Part shown: in pieces, positions 49,482 to 58,800 of the stretch
How the letters are laid out: every line of letters begins with the position of its first letter
How positions within the stretch are numbered: position 1 is the stretch's first letter
NCBI GenBank assembly: GCA_018645865.1
Contig: JABGVU010000038.1
Span: 392 to 64,391 of the forward strand
DNA: 64,000 nt
DNA from: Flavobacteriales bacterium
Lineage (GTDB): Bacteria > Bacteroidota > Bacteroidia > Flavobacteriales > BACL11
Direction of reading: 5' to 3'
Program-made: the position numbers and the translations under genes
Notes under the pieces: generated by a model
The model's input: the letters and a program-made list of their open reading frames with translations, nothing else
Told to the model about the DNA's origin: nothing
Database searches by the model: none

Positions 49482-50844
49482 AAACTATAAAATATTATTG
49501 ATGGCTATACTTCTTTTTATTGGGAGCTTTACTGCTATTGCTCAAAAAAAGAAGGAACCTGTCAATCGTATACTTTTTATTTTTGATGCTTCTCAATCTA
49601 TGTTGGGAAGGTGGCAATCGGGTCGTAAAATTGATATTGCTAAAAACCTACTAAGCAATATGGTCGACTCTCTTAAAAATATTGAAAACCTAGAAATTGG
49701 ACTTAGGGTTTATGGTCATCAAAAAGGCTATCCTCCTCAGGATTGTGATGATACTAAACTGGAAATAAACTTCCTGCCAGCACACTTAGCAGTCGAAAGG
49801 ATGAAAGCAAAACTTAGCATGATTCGGGCAAGAGGAACTACTCCTATTGCTCGTTCTTTGGAAGAGGGAGCTAAGGATTTTCCTTCAGGAAATTCACGTA
49901 ATATTGTTATCTTAATTACGGATGGAAGGGAAGAATGCGGCATGAATCCTTGTGCTGTTTCTCGATTGTTTCAAAGAAAAGGAATTATTCTAAAACCTTT
50001 TGTCATTGGGGTTGGTTTGGATGATAGTTGGAAAAAAACATTTGATTGTGTTGGGCGTTATTTTGATGCCAGTAAGGAATCAGATTTTACGAATATACTT
50101 AATGTAGTAATTTCACATGTTATTGACAATACAACTGCACAGGTTAATTTGTTAGATGAAAATGGAGAATCTACTGAAACGAATGTCAACCTTACTTTTT
50201 ACAATGATTTTACTGGAGTGGCAAAACACAACTATATTCATACTATGAATGCGTATGGCAACCCTGATACAATGATTATCGACCCTGTACTTTCTTATAA
50301 GGTGGTAGCACATACTATCCCTCCTGTTTCTGTGGATAGCATAATACTTAATCCAGGGAAACACACGATTATTCCGCTATCCATTCCTCAAGGGGAATTG
50401 GAAATAAAGATGAATTCTAGAATTAACTATCAATATATTGTGCGTCCTGCCGGAATTGATACAACTTTACATGTGCAAGAAATTAATACTGTAGAAAGCT
50501 ATCTTACAGGAAGATATGACATTGAATTACTCACCTTACCAAGAAAAAAATTTATTGATGTTGAGATAAACCAAAGCACCAAAACTACTTATACTATCCC
50601 AACACCAGGTATTGCAAATATCCTACTTCCATCCAGAGGATATGGCGGAATATATCTTCAAAACAAAGATAAATTGGAACAGATTTATCACTTTAAAGGA
50701 AATAACTTACAGCATAAAATTAGGCTTTTGCCTGGGAACTATAAAGTAGTTTTTAGAGCAAAATCGGCTAAGCAATATATTTATACTAATGAAAAAAGTT
50801 TTAAACTTAAATCAGGAGGAACTGAATTGATAAAAATTTATTAA
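49471..50844 (+). CDS. secreted von Willebrand factor A (vWA) domain protein
   Basis: 457 aa with signal peptide (LLFIGSFTAIAQ). MIDAS DASQSM plus ITDG. Long beta-rich C-terminal part. The start is either GTG 49471 or ATG 49501. Confidence 0.7.
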   Translation: MITKNYKILLMAILLFIGSFTAIAQKKKEPVNRILFIFDASQSMLGRWQSGRKIDIAKNLLSNMVDSLKNIENLEIGLRVYGHQKGYPPQDCDDTKLEINFLPAHLAVERMKAKLSMIRARGTTPIARSLEEGAKDFPSGNSRNIVILITDGREECGMNPCAVSRLFQRKGIILKPFVIGVGLDDSWKKTFDCVGRYFDASKESDFTNILNVVISHVIDNTTAQVNLLDENGESTETNVNLTFYNDFTGVAKHNYIHTMNAYGNPDTMIIDPVLSYKVVAHTIPPVSVDSIILNPGKHTIIPLSIPQGELEIKMNSRINYQYIVRPAGIDTTLHVQEINTVESYLTGRYDIELLTLPRKKFIDVEINQSTKTTYTIPTPGIANILLPSRGYGGIYLQNKDKLEQIYHFKGNNLQHKIRLLPGNYKVVFRAKSAKQYIYTNEKSFKLKSGGTELIKIY

Positions 50845-50845
50845 A

Positions 50846-51781
50846 ATGGAAAAGAAAGATACTCGATCAGGATTTGGAGCAGGATTAACAGAACTAGGAA
50901 GAACTAACCCTAACGTGGTAGCGCTTTGTGCTGATCTTACTGGGTCTCTTAAAATGAATGACTTTCAAGATGAAAACCCTGAACGCTTTTTTCAAATTGG
51001 GATTGCTGAAGCAAATATGATTGGAATTGCTGCTGGAATGACTATTGGAGGAAAAATTCCTTTTACTGGCACTTTTGCTAACTTTTCAACTTCTCGTGTT
51101 TATGATCAAATTCGTCAATCTATTGCTTATTCAGGTAAGAATGTAAAGATTTGCGCTTCTCATGCTGGGGTTACTTTAGGGGAAGATGGGGCTACTCACC
51201 AAGTATTAGAAGATATTGGTATGATGAAAATGTTACCACATATGGCAGTTATCAATACTTGTGACTATAATCAAACTAAGGCTGCTACTATTGCCATTGC
51301 TGACCATGAAGGACCAGTTTACTTACGCTTTGGAAGGCCAGCGGTACCTAACTTCACACCTTCTGATCAAAATTTTGAGATTGGAAAAGCCTTGCATCTA
51401 AAAGAAGGGACTGATCTAACTATATTTGCAACTGGTCATTTGGTATGGGAATCATTAGAAGCTGCTAAGACATTGGTAGAGGCAGGAATTTCTGCTGAAG
51501 TAATAAATATCCACACCATTAAACCTTTGGACAATAAAGCTATCCTAGAAGCTGTAAAACAAACTAAATGTGTTGTTACAGCTGAAGAACATATGCTAAA
51601 TGGCGGATTAGGAGATAGCATTGCTCAATTATTAGGCAGAGAACTTCCTACTGCTATTGAAATGGTTGGTGTGAATGATACTTTTGGTGAAAGTGGAACT
51701 CCAATGCAACTATTAGAAAAATACGGCTTAGACGCTAAAGCAATTGTTGCAGCAGCTAAAAAAGCAATAGCTAGAAAATAA
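50846..51781 (+). CDS. transketolase, C-terminal (pyrimidine-binding plus C-terminal domain) subunit
   Basis: 311 aa. GIAEANMIGIAAG and GEDGATHQ motifs. Starts 1 nt after the vWA stop. Confidence 0.9.
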   Translation: MEKKDTRSGFGAGLTELGRTNPNVVALCADLTGSLKMNDFQDENPERFFQIGIAEANMIGIAAGMTIGGKIPFTGTFANFSTSRVYDQIRQSIAYSGKNVKICASHAGVTLGEDGATHQVLEDIGMMKMLPHMAVINTCDYNQTKAATIAIADHEGPVYLRFGRPAVPNFTPSDQNFEIGKALHLKEGTDLTIFATGHLVWESLEAAKTLVEAGISAEVINIHTIKPLDNKAILEAVKQTKCVVTAEEHMLNGGLGDSIAQLLGRELPTAIEMVGVNDTFGESGTPMQLLEKYGLDAKAIVAAAKKAIARK

Positions 51782-52962
51782 TGTCTGCTGCAAAAGATAT
51801 TTTTAAAAAATACCAAGCACAAACTTTTCCATTCCCTTCTTGCTTAGAAATCGCTTCAGCAAAAGGTAGCTATATTTATGATGTTAACGGTAAAGCATAT
51901 TTGGATTTTATTGCAGGAGTTTCAGCTTGTTCCTTAGGGCACTCCAACCCAATTATTATCGAAACAGTAAAGGAACAATTAGATAAATATACTCATGTAA
52001 TGGTCTATGGAGAATATATTCAGTCTCCACAGTACAAATTAGCCAAGTTATTAGCAGATAATCTTCCTGAAAATTTATGCACTACTTATTTCACTAATTC
52101 TGGTGCAGAAGCTATTGAGGGTGCTATGAAATTAGCTAAGAGAGCAACAGGACGCTCTGAAATTATTTCTTGTAAAAATTCTTATCATGGTTCTACACAA
52201 GGCGCACTTTCTATTATGGGAAATGAGGAACATAAAGCAAGATATCGTCCTTTACTACCAAATTGCAATCAGATTATCTTTAATAATGAGAATTCCTTAG
52301 ATAGTATTACTAAAAAAACTGCTGCAGTAGTAATAGAACCTATTCAAGGAGGAACTGGCTTTATAACACCTAGCAACAATTTCTTACAGAAAGTAAGAGA
52401 GAAATGTACTGAAACAGGAACGCTCCTAATTTTTGATGAAATACAGACTTGTTACGGCAGATTAGGCACCTTATTTGGATTTGAAACTTATGAGATAATC
52501 CCTGATATTTTATGTGTTGCAAAAGGAATGGGTGGTGGAATGCCTATTGGCGCTTTTATTACTTCTTGGAAACTAATGAACCTCCTCACCTATGCACCCA
52601 AATTAGGACATATAACAACCTTTGGTGGACATCCAATAAATTGTGCAGCATCTTTAGCTTGCTTAGGACATTTACTTGCTACTAATATTATGAAAGAAGT
52701 AGAAGAAAAAGAACAATTGTTTCGAACACATTTAAAACATTCAAAAATCAAAGAAATTAGAGGTAAAGGACTTATGCTGGCTGTTGAATTTCAAGATGAG
52801 GAATTGATTAAAAAGGTAGTGCAACAATCCCTTGAAAAAGGATTAATTTTATTTTATTTCTTATTCACTAAAACTGCAATTCGCATTACTCCACCGCTAA
52901 CCATTTCAAATATAGAAATAATTGAAGGTTGTGAAATTATAAAAGGAATATTAGAAGCATAA
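51781..52962 (+). CDS. class-III PLP-dependent aminotransferase (acetylornithine/ornithine aminotransferase-like)
   Basis: 393 aa. NSGAEAIEGAMKLA, LIFDEIQTCYGRLG, CVAKGMGGGMPIG (PLP Lys). Confidence 0.85.
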   Translation: MSAAKDIFKKYQAQTFPFPSCLEIASAKGSYIYDVNGKAYLDFIAGVSACSLGHSNPIIIETVKEQLDKYTHVMVYGEYIQSPQYKLAKLLADNLPENLCTTYFTNSGAEAIEGAMKLAKRATGRSEIISCKNSYHGSTQGALSIMGNEEHKARYRPLLPNCNQIIFNNENSLDSITKKTAAVVIEPIQGGTGFITPSNNFLQKVREKCTETGTLLIFDEIQTCYGRLGTLFGFETYEIIPDILCVAKGMGGGMPIGAFITSWKLMNLLTYAPKLGHITTFGGHPINCAASLACLGHLLATNIMKEVEEKEQLFRTHLKHSKIKEIRGKGLMLAVEFQDEELIKKVVQQSLEKGLILFYFLFTKTAIRITPPLTISNIEIIEGCEIIKGILEA

Positions 52963-53089
52963 AAAAAGGAGCTAAATTTTCAATAGCTTAATTAACAGCT
53001 TGTTATCAACAATTACAAATCAATTAATCAATATGATAAAAAATTAGAGTATAAAATCTTTTTTGCAAGTTGTGTAAAATTCTATTCCT

Positions 53090-53740
53090 TTATTTTCCAT
53101 TATTTTTATCATTTAGCATTGGTACAAACGAAAACTCTCCATGAGTTGTTGCTCTAGTTTCTGTTTCTGAAATCTTTTCGATTAAGTGCATTACCTGAAT
53201 ATCTCCATCACCAATTGGAGCAACCATTATACCTCCTACTTTTAGTTGAGTTACCAAATCCTCAGGAATAAAAGGAGCCCCACAAGTTATTATTATTTTA
53301 TCGAATGGTGAGAAATTAGGCATTCCTTTATAGCCATCACCATATACAAACATACAATTATAACCCAAAGTAGGTAAGAACTTTTTTGTTTTCAGAAATA
53401 ATTCTCTTTGACGTTCAATAGTAAATACTTCAGCATCCAATAAGGAAAGTACAGCTGCTTGGTAGCCTGAACCTGTACCCACTTCCAAAACCTTTTCATA
53501 AGGTTTTATTTCAAGTAACTGACTTTGCAAAGCAACTGTATAGGGCTGAGAAATAGTCTGCCCTGCTCCTATCGGAAATGCTTTATCCTGATAAGAAAAA
53601 TTTACAAAAGCATTATCCATGAACAGATGCCTAGGGATTTTATTTATAGCATTTAACACTTCTAAATCAGAAATTCCTTTGGAAGCTAAATGCTCAACTA
53701 ACTGTTTACGCAAACCTTGATGTCTAAAACTATCTACCAT
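53090..53740 (-). CDS. pcm: protein-L-isoaspartate O-methyltransferase
   Basis: 216 aa. QTISQPYTVA and VLEVGTGSGYQAAVL motifs. Confidence 0.9.
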   Translation of the reverse strand: MVDSFRHQGLRKQLVEHLASKGISDLEVLNAINKIPRHLFMDNAFVNFSYQDKAFPIGAGQTISQPYTVALQSQLLEIKPYEKVLEVGTGSGYQAAVLSLLDAEVFTIERQRELFLKTKKFLPTLGYNCMFVYGDGYKGMPNFSPFDKIIITCGAPFIPEDLVTQLKVGGIMVAPIGDGDIQVMHLIEKISETETRATTHGEFSFVPMLNDKNNGK

Positions 53741-53873
53741 TCTTTTTCTTTATCAATCTTTAAAATGTATTTTTGAATCCGTTTTTATTACCAACAAAAG
53801 AAATACAATAAAAATGCTTTTTTAGCATTAGTATCAATAATAAATCCACAGCAAATTGTTAATAGAATAATAC

Positions 53874-54686
53874 ATGAAGAAAATTACTTGCTTACTGACA
53901 GTGCTTGCCCTTGCTTCTTGCCAAAAAGAAGATTCAAGTGGTATACCAACCTATTTAAAGATTAATAATATTACTTTAGATGAAGGGAGTACTAATTCAA
54001 ATATAACAGATGCTTGGGTCTATGTAAACGACCAACTACAAGGAGTGTATGAATTACCAGCAAAATTCCCTGTTTTAGAAGAAGAAATTCAAACCGTAAG
54101 AATAAAAGCTGGAATAAAAGTCAATGGAATTGCTAGCAGCCGAATAGCATATCCTTTTTATTCTTCTTACTATGCAGACATTACTTTTACTCCAAACGAA
54201 ACAAAGACTATTATTCCAATAATAAGCTATTTGGATAGTATTGATTTTTTTCTAGAGGATTTTGAAGGAACAGGCCTTAACATAGAAATATCAGCAATTT
54301 CTGATACCACCCTATTAAAGTTAGTAGATGAAAATAATAATTATGGTGCTGGAATTTTATCTGATTCATTATTTACTTTTGAAATTTCAACTGATGAATT
54401 AACAGATTTACCCCAAGCAGGTGCTCCTGTTTTTTTAGAGCTTGACTACAAATCAAACACTCAGTTTTTAGTAGGTGTTTATGTTAACTACCCTCAATCA
54501 GTAATCCAGAAAGATTTACTATGGATTAACCCAAAACAAGAATGGAATAAAATATATGTAAACTTAACAAGTACTATTTCTGAAGGGATTAACGCTTCTT
54601 CTTTTAAAGTATTTATCGGAATGAAAAGAGATTTTGAATTAGAAAAGAATGAACTTTTTTTTGATAACCTAAAAGTAGTTTATTAA
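53874..54686 (+). CDS. hypothetical lipoprotein
   Basis: 270 aa with lipobox LALASC. No recognisable domain. Confidence 0.55.
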   Translation: MKKITCLLTVLALASCQKEDSSGIPTYLKINNITLDEGSTNSNITDAWVYVNDQLQGVYELPAKFPVLEEEIQTVRIKAGIKVNGIASSRIAYPFYSSYYADITFTPNETKTIIPIISYLDSIDFFLEDFEGTGLNIEISAISDTTLLKLVDENNNYGAGILSDSLFTFEISTDELTDLPQAGAPVFLELDYKSNTQFLVGVYVNYPQSVIQKDLLWINPKQEWNKIYVNLTSTISEGINASSFKVFIGMKRDFELEKNELFFDNLKVVY

Positions 54687-54796
54687 AATTTGACTCAACA
54701 CTAAAATATTAAGACTAGGTGTTTAATAAAATCTAACATCTCACTGCTAATATCTAAACTCTATTTATATTTTTACCAAATAATTAAAACAAAAAA

Positions 54797-55687
54797 ATGA
54801 AGAATATTACAGTAATTGGTGCAGGAACAATGGGAAATGGAATTGCACATACATTTGCTCAAGAAGATTTTAATGTAAACTTAGTTGACATTTCAGCTGA
54901 TTCCCTTGAAAGAGCAATTGCTACTATCGGTAAGAACTTAGATCGAATGGTGAAAAAAGAGAAAATTACTGAAACTGAAAAAGCGAATACTTTAGCAAAC
55001 ATTACCACACATACTGATATAACTGTTGGAGTAAAAAGAGCTGACTTAGTTGTTGAAGCAGCAACAGAAAACATTGACTTAAAATTAAAAATATTTAAGC
55101 AATTAGATGAAATTTGTGATACAAATACCTTATTAGCTACTAATACATCCTCAATCTCTATCACAAAAATTGCTGCTGTTACTTCTCGTCCTGCTCAGGT
55201 TATTGGAATGCATTTTATGAATCCTGTTCCTGTCATGAAATTAGTTGAAGTTATTAGAGGTTACGCCACTTCTGATGAAGTTACTCAAAGGGTAATGGAT
55301 ATGAGCAGAACCCTTGGAAAATCTCCTGTAGAAGTAAACGATTATCCAGGTTTTGTAGCCAATAGAATACTTATGCCTATGATTAATGAATCTATCGAAA
55401 CTTTATTCCAAGGAGTTGCTGGTGTTGATGAGATTGATACTGTAATGATGTTAGGTATGGCACATCCAATGGGACCTTTACACTTAGCTGATTTTATTGG
55501 TTTAGATGTTTGTCTTTCAATTCTAGAGGTAATGCAGGATGGCTTTGGAAATCCTAAATATGCTCCTAACCCACTTTTAGTAAATATGGTTATGGCAGGT
55601 AAATTAGGTGTTAAATCAGGAGAAGGCTTCTATGATTATTCTGAAGGACCAAGAAATAAAAAAGTAGCTGCACAATTTGCAAAATAA
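54797..55687 (+). CDS. hbd: 3-hydroxybutyryl-CoA / 3-hydroxyacyl-CoA dehydrogenase
   Basis: 296 aa. VIGAGTMGNGIAH Rossmann motif, NTSSISIT, MNPVPVMKLVE, GFYDY. Confidence 0.88.
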   Translation: MKNITVIGAGTMGNGIAHTFAQEDFNVNLVDISADSLERAIATIGKNLDRMVKKEKITETEKANTLANITTHTDITVGVKRADLVVEAATENIDLKLKIFKQLDEICDTNTLLATNTSSISITKIAAVTSRPAQVIGMHFMNPVPVMKLVEVIRGYATSDEVTQRVMDMSRTLGKSPVEVNDYPGFVANRILMPMINESIETLFQGVAGVDEIDTVMMLGMAHPMGPLHLADFIGLDVCLSILEVMQDGFGNPKYAPNPLLVNMVMAGKLGVKSGEGFYDYSEGPRNKKVAAQFAK

Positions 55688-55711
55688 ATACTTGATACTT
55701 TAAGGAATATT

Positions 55712-55736
55712 GAAACGGGCTATATCCGTTTTTTTG
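55712..55736 (+). terminator. rho-independent terminator after hbd
   Basis: aaacgg-gctatat-ccgttt stem-loop followed by a T run. Confidence 0.6.
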
Positions 55737-55748
55737 TATCATTGTATT

Positions 55749-56849
55749 ATGAATAATCAGAATTCAAGCCCAAAAGCCCTTGCACCTTTTAGCTGTAGGT
55801 ATACCCCTCAACTTCCTCAATTATTACAGCAATTGAATTGCAGTATTGCAATTTCTACTTATCAAGCTGGTAAAGTGGTTTTTATTTCTGCAAAAGATGA
55901 GAATAGTTTAGTACAACTGCCAAGAAATTTTGAAAAAGCAATGGGTATTGCTGAGGACACTAAAGAAGATAAAATTGCTATTGCCTGTAAGGATGAAGTA
56001 ATTGTATTTCGAAATTCTATCGATTTAGCAAGATTCTATCCAAAAGCACCCAATACTTATGATGCACTTTACCTGCCCAGAAATACTTTTCATACAGGAG
56101 CAATTGATATTCATGATTTAAATTTTGGAAATAATGGGGAGCTATATGCAGTTAACACGCTCTTTTCATCAATAGTAGAAATTGATGATAATTATAACTT
56201 CACTCCTTTCTGGACTCCCCCATTTATTGATAAAATTGCTTCAGAAGACAGATGTCACCTTAATGGGATGGCAATGAAAAATGGAAAACCGAAATATACT
56301 ACTGCTTTCAATAATGGAAATATACCTCAAAGCTGGCGCGATAAGGTAACCGAAAGCGGAATAATTATTGATGTAGAAACAAACGCCATAATTGCTAAAG
56401 GATTGGCTATGCCACATACGCCAAGAATCTTTAACAACGAATTATACGTACTACTTTCTGCAACCGGAGAATTAGTAAAAGTTAATACTGAAGACGGTAC
56501 TTATGAGGTAATTGTACAAATTAATGGTTTTGTAAGAGGAATGAGTTTACATAAAGATTATCTATTTATTGGACTTTCCAAACTGAGAAAAAACTCTTCT
56601 ACTTTTGGGAAACTACCTTTTGCAGAAAAAGCTGATGAAGCAGGAATAGTAGTAGTTCATCTGCCAACCAAAAGTATAGCAGGAAAAATGACATATCTTA
56701 CTTCCTTGGACGAAATATATGACATACATATACTTGCAGATAAAATAAGGCCAAATATTCTAAATACAATTACAAAAGATCACCAAAAAGGATTAATGAT
56801 ACCAACTACCACTTTCTGGCGTCAAGAAAATATTGAAAAAAAGTCATAA
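55749..56849 (+). CDS. TIGR03032-like conserved hypothetical protein
   Basis: About 366 aa from ATG 55749; the tracked TTG at 55710 sits in the hbd terminator. The N-terminus FSCRYTPQLPQLLQQLNCSIAISTYQAGKVVFIS matches my memory of the TIGR03032 family. Repeated beta-strand blocks suggest a propeller. Confidence 0.55.
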   Translation: MNNQNSSPKALAPFSCRYTPQLPQLLQQLNCSIAISTYQAGKVVFISAKDENSLVQLPRNFEKAMGIAEDTKEDKIAIACKDEVIVFRNSIDLARFYPKAPNTYDALYLPRNTFHTGAIDIHDLNFGNNGELYAVNTLFSSIVEIDDNYNFTPFWTPPFIDKIASEDRCHLNGMAMKNGKPKYTTAFNNGNIPQSWRDKVTESGIIIDVETNAIIAKGLAMPHTPRIFNNELYVLLSATGELVKVNTEDGTYEVIVQINGFVRGMSLHKDYLFIGLSKLRKNSSTFGKLPFAEKADEAGIVVVHLPTKSIAGKMTYLTSLDEIYDIHILADKIRPNILNTITKDHQKGLMIPTTTFWRQENIEKKS

Positions 56850-56905
56850 TACTAAGTTAGAAATTAATTTATTATGCTAAGCATAGTATTTGATCTTAAA
56901 TAGTA

Positions 56906-56913
56906 TATTTTTG
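56906..56913 (+). promoter_or_regulatory. -7 promoter box TATTTTTG upstream of the FG-GAP gene
   Basis: Exact TAnnTTTG, 28 nt before the ATG at 56942. Confidence 0.45.
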
Positions 56914-56941
56914 AATCGTTAATATAAAGAATACAGAATTT

Positions 56942-58753
56942 ATGAGACCTAAACACTTTTCTAGAAAGCAAAGACAGTTGAAGTATTTAGTTAAAAAATT
57001 AAATGTTTTATTACAAAAATCTGAAAAAAAGCTAGAATCAGAAATTAATAACTTGATTTCTAGAATTAAATATTTGGCTAGCCAACTAAATGGAATTGTA
57101 AATGCCAATAGAATGAAGAGAATATTAGGTGGAATTGCACTTTTAATTGGAATTTCATTTACCAATACAGCAAATGCTCAATGGTTTGCATACCCAATAC
57201 AAGACCCATTTAATTTACAAGATGGAAATGATGAGGCTATTATTAATCCTGAATTCGCAGATCTTGATAATGATGGAGATCTTGATTATCTTGCAGGAGA
57301 ATATAATGGCGGCTTTGGATATGGTCTTGGATTCCGTTATCAAGAGAATATCGGTATTGCGACTAGTCCTAATTTTGCTAATGCAGTTATTAATCCTTTT
57401 GGACTTACAGCTTATAGCCCAACTTTTCCTGAATTCGGAATACGTCAACATCATAAATTTATAGATATAGATAATGATGGAGATTTTGATATATTATCAA
57501 ATCTAGTGAGCATGAACTATAATACATATGCAGTTAGTTCTAATTTTTTATATTACGAGAATACTGGTAGCCCAAGCTCTCCACAATTCTCTACCCCAAC
57601 TGTAAATCAATTTGGCTTAACTTCCAGCCCAACGATAGTTTATACGACTTTAGGTGATATCGATAATGATGGAGACACTGACATCTTAGGTTTCTCTTTT
57701 GATTATTCAACCTACGCTGCAAATTTCTTATTTATAGAAAATATTGGTTCTCCTACGGCTCCAAATTTCTCATCACCTCAATTAAATGTTTTTGGAATTC
57801 CATCTGGAATATTCTCTTTGTTAGCCCTAGAAGACATTGATACTGATGGAGACTTAGATATAATATTTACTCAAGAAAATTATAATTCAACTGATTTTGG
57901 TTATGTAGAAAATACTGGAACAGCAGCAATACCTCAATATAATCCACCGCCAACTCAAAATCCATTTGGATTATCTTTCCCAAATTGGCAAGGAGGAGGA
58001 ATACCTAATTTTAAAGATCTTGATGGTGATGGTGACAATGATCTAATTGTAGGAACAGATGACGACTTTATTAGTTATTTTGAAAATGTAGGGGTACAAC
58101 AACCAGTAACTTATGAATGTATTAATTATTCATGCGTAGACCCTGGAACAGGAAGTGGAAGCTATACAACATTATCATCATGTCAAACAAATTGTACTGC
58201 GCCAGTAAGCTATGATTGCGATTGGGTGTTAAATAGTTGTTATGATCCTGGTGATGGTAGTGGAAATTACACATCTTATAATGACTGTATACTTGACTGC
58301 ACTCCGCAACCAACTTGGGATTGTGTGGCTCCAGGTAATTGCCAAGACCCTGGTAATGGTAGTGGAAACTATTGGTCATTGCAAGATTGTCAAAACGCTT
58401 GCGGTGCTACCCCATCATGGAATTGTGATGCAAGCTTAGGCTGTATTGATCCAGGAGATGGAACTGGATTATACACTTCTCTTACTGGCTGTCAAGCAAA
58501 TTGCAATAGTACTTCAATTGAAAATACAGAGATAAATACTTTAAAACTATATCCTAATCCTGTAAATAACACCCTAAATGTTAGTTCAGATAAGAAAATT
58601 AATAAAATAGAAATCTATGATGCTTTAGGTAGAGTTATTTATACCGAAAATAATCCTTCCTCTGTAATTAATGTTGAACAGCTTGAATCGGGACTTTATT
58701 CTATTGCTATTATTTTTGATGACAATAAAATTGTGAAGAAATTTACTAAGTAG
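56942..58753 (+). CDS. FG-GAP/VCBS-repeat protein with four 4-Cys modules and a canonical T9SS type-A sorting domain
   Basis: 603 aa. Five DxDxDGDxD calcium-type loops (DLDNDGDLD, DIDNDGDFD, DIDNDGDTD, DIDTDGDLD, DLDGDGDND). C-terminal LYPNPVNNTLNV...IYDALGRVI...GLYSIAI. An alternative start at ATG 57113 gives a classical signal peptide MKRILGGIALLIGISFTNTANAQ. Confidence 0.75.
   Translation: MRPKHFSRKQRQLKYLVKKLNVLLQKSEKKLESEINNLISRIKYLASQLNGIVNANRMKRILGGIALLIGISFTNTANAQWFAYPIQDPFNLQDGNDEAIINPEFADLDNDGDLDYLAGEYNGGFGYGLGFRYQENIGIATSPNFANAVINPFGLTAYSPTFPEFGIRQHHKFIDIDNDGDFDILSNLVSMNYNTYAVSSNFLYYENTGSPSSPQFSTPTVNQFGLTSSPTIVYTTLGDIDNDGDTDILGFSFDYSTYAANFLFIENIGSPTAPNFSSPQLNVFGIPSGIFSLLALEDIDTDGDLDIIFTQENYNSTDFGYVENTGTAAIPQYNPPPTQNPFGLSFPNWQGGGIPNFKDLDGDGDNDLIVGTDDDFISYFENVGVQQPVTYECINYSCVDPGTGSGSYTTLSSCQTNCTAPVSYDCDWVLNSCYDPGDGSGNYTSYNDCILDCTPQPTWDCVAPGNCQDPGNGSGNYWSLQDCQNACGATPSWNCDASLGCIDPGDGTGLYTSLTGCQANCNSTSIENTEINTLKLYPNPVNNTLNVSSDKKINKIEIYDALGRVIYTENNPSSVINVEQLESGLYSIAIIFDDNKIVKKFTK
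58112..58504 (+). repeat. four tandem, divergent coding repeats (33-35 aa each) of a 4-Cys module
   Basis: YECINYSCVDPGTGSGSYTTLSSCQTNC / YDCDWVLNSCYDPGDGSGNYTSYNDCILDC / WDCVAPGNCQDPGNGSGNYWSLQDCQNAC / WNCDASLGCIDPGDGTGLYTSLTGCQANC. Confidence 0.85.
58541..58750 (+). other. canonical T9SS type-A C-terminal sorting domain
   Basis: LKLYPNPVNNTLNVSSDKKINKIEIYDALGRVIYTENNPSSVINVEQLESGLYSIAIIFDDNKIVKKFTK. Confidence 0.8.
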
Positions 58754-58775
58754 GTTTTTGATTTTAATAATAGAA

Positions 58776-58800
58776 AGAAACGGGCACAAATCCTGTTTCT
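58776..58800. terminator. shared hairpin between convergent genes (possible bidirectional terminator)
   Basis: agaaacggg-cacaaat-cctgtttct: a 9-bp stem with one G-U pair and weak T tracts on both sides. Confidence 0.45.

Noticed and set aside
53768-53775. TATTTTTG box 98 nt upstream of the lipoprotein gene at 53874, and a small aatgc-T6-gcatt hairpin near 53813-53829.
   Set aside because: The distance to the ATG is long and the hairpin is weak (5 bp, AT-rich). This cannot be distinguished from chance in AT-rich DNA.
55710-55748. TTG start of the TIGR03032-like ORF at 55710.
   Set aside because: It falls inside the hbd terminator stem-loop. ATG 55749 (MNNQNSSPK) is preferred.
57147-57464. 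Nested ORFs 57147-57464 (+), 57215-57454 (-), 61961-62269 (-) and 63583-63933 (-).
   Set aside because: They lie inside the FG-GAP, S8 peptidase and FAD-oxidoreductase genes, and their translations have no recognisable features.
58112-58504. Tandem repeat block as a possible CRISPR or other non-coding repeat array. Includes nested ORFs 58122-58379 (-) and 58242-58439 (+).
   Set aside because: The repeats are in frame within a long ORF. They are conserved at the protein (Cys/Gly/Pro) level rather than the DNA level, and have no spacer/repeat regularity. The nested ORFs are artefacts of the repeat.
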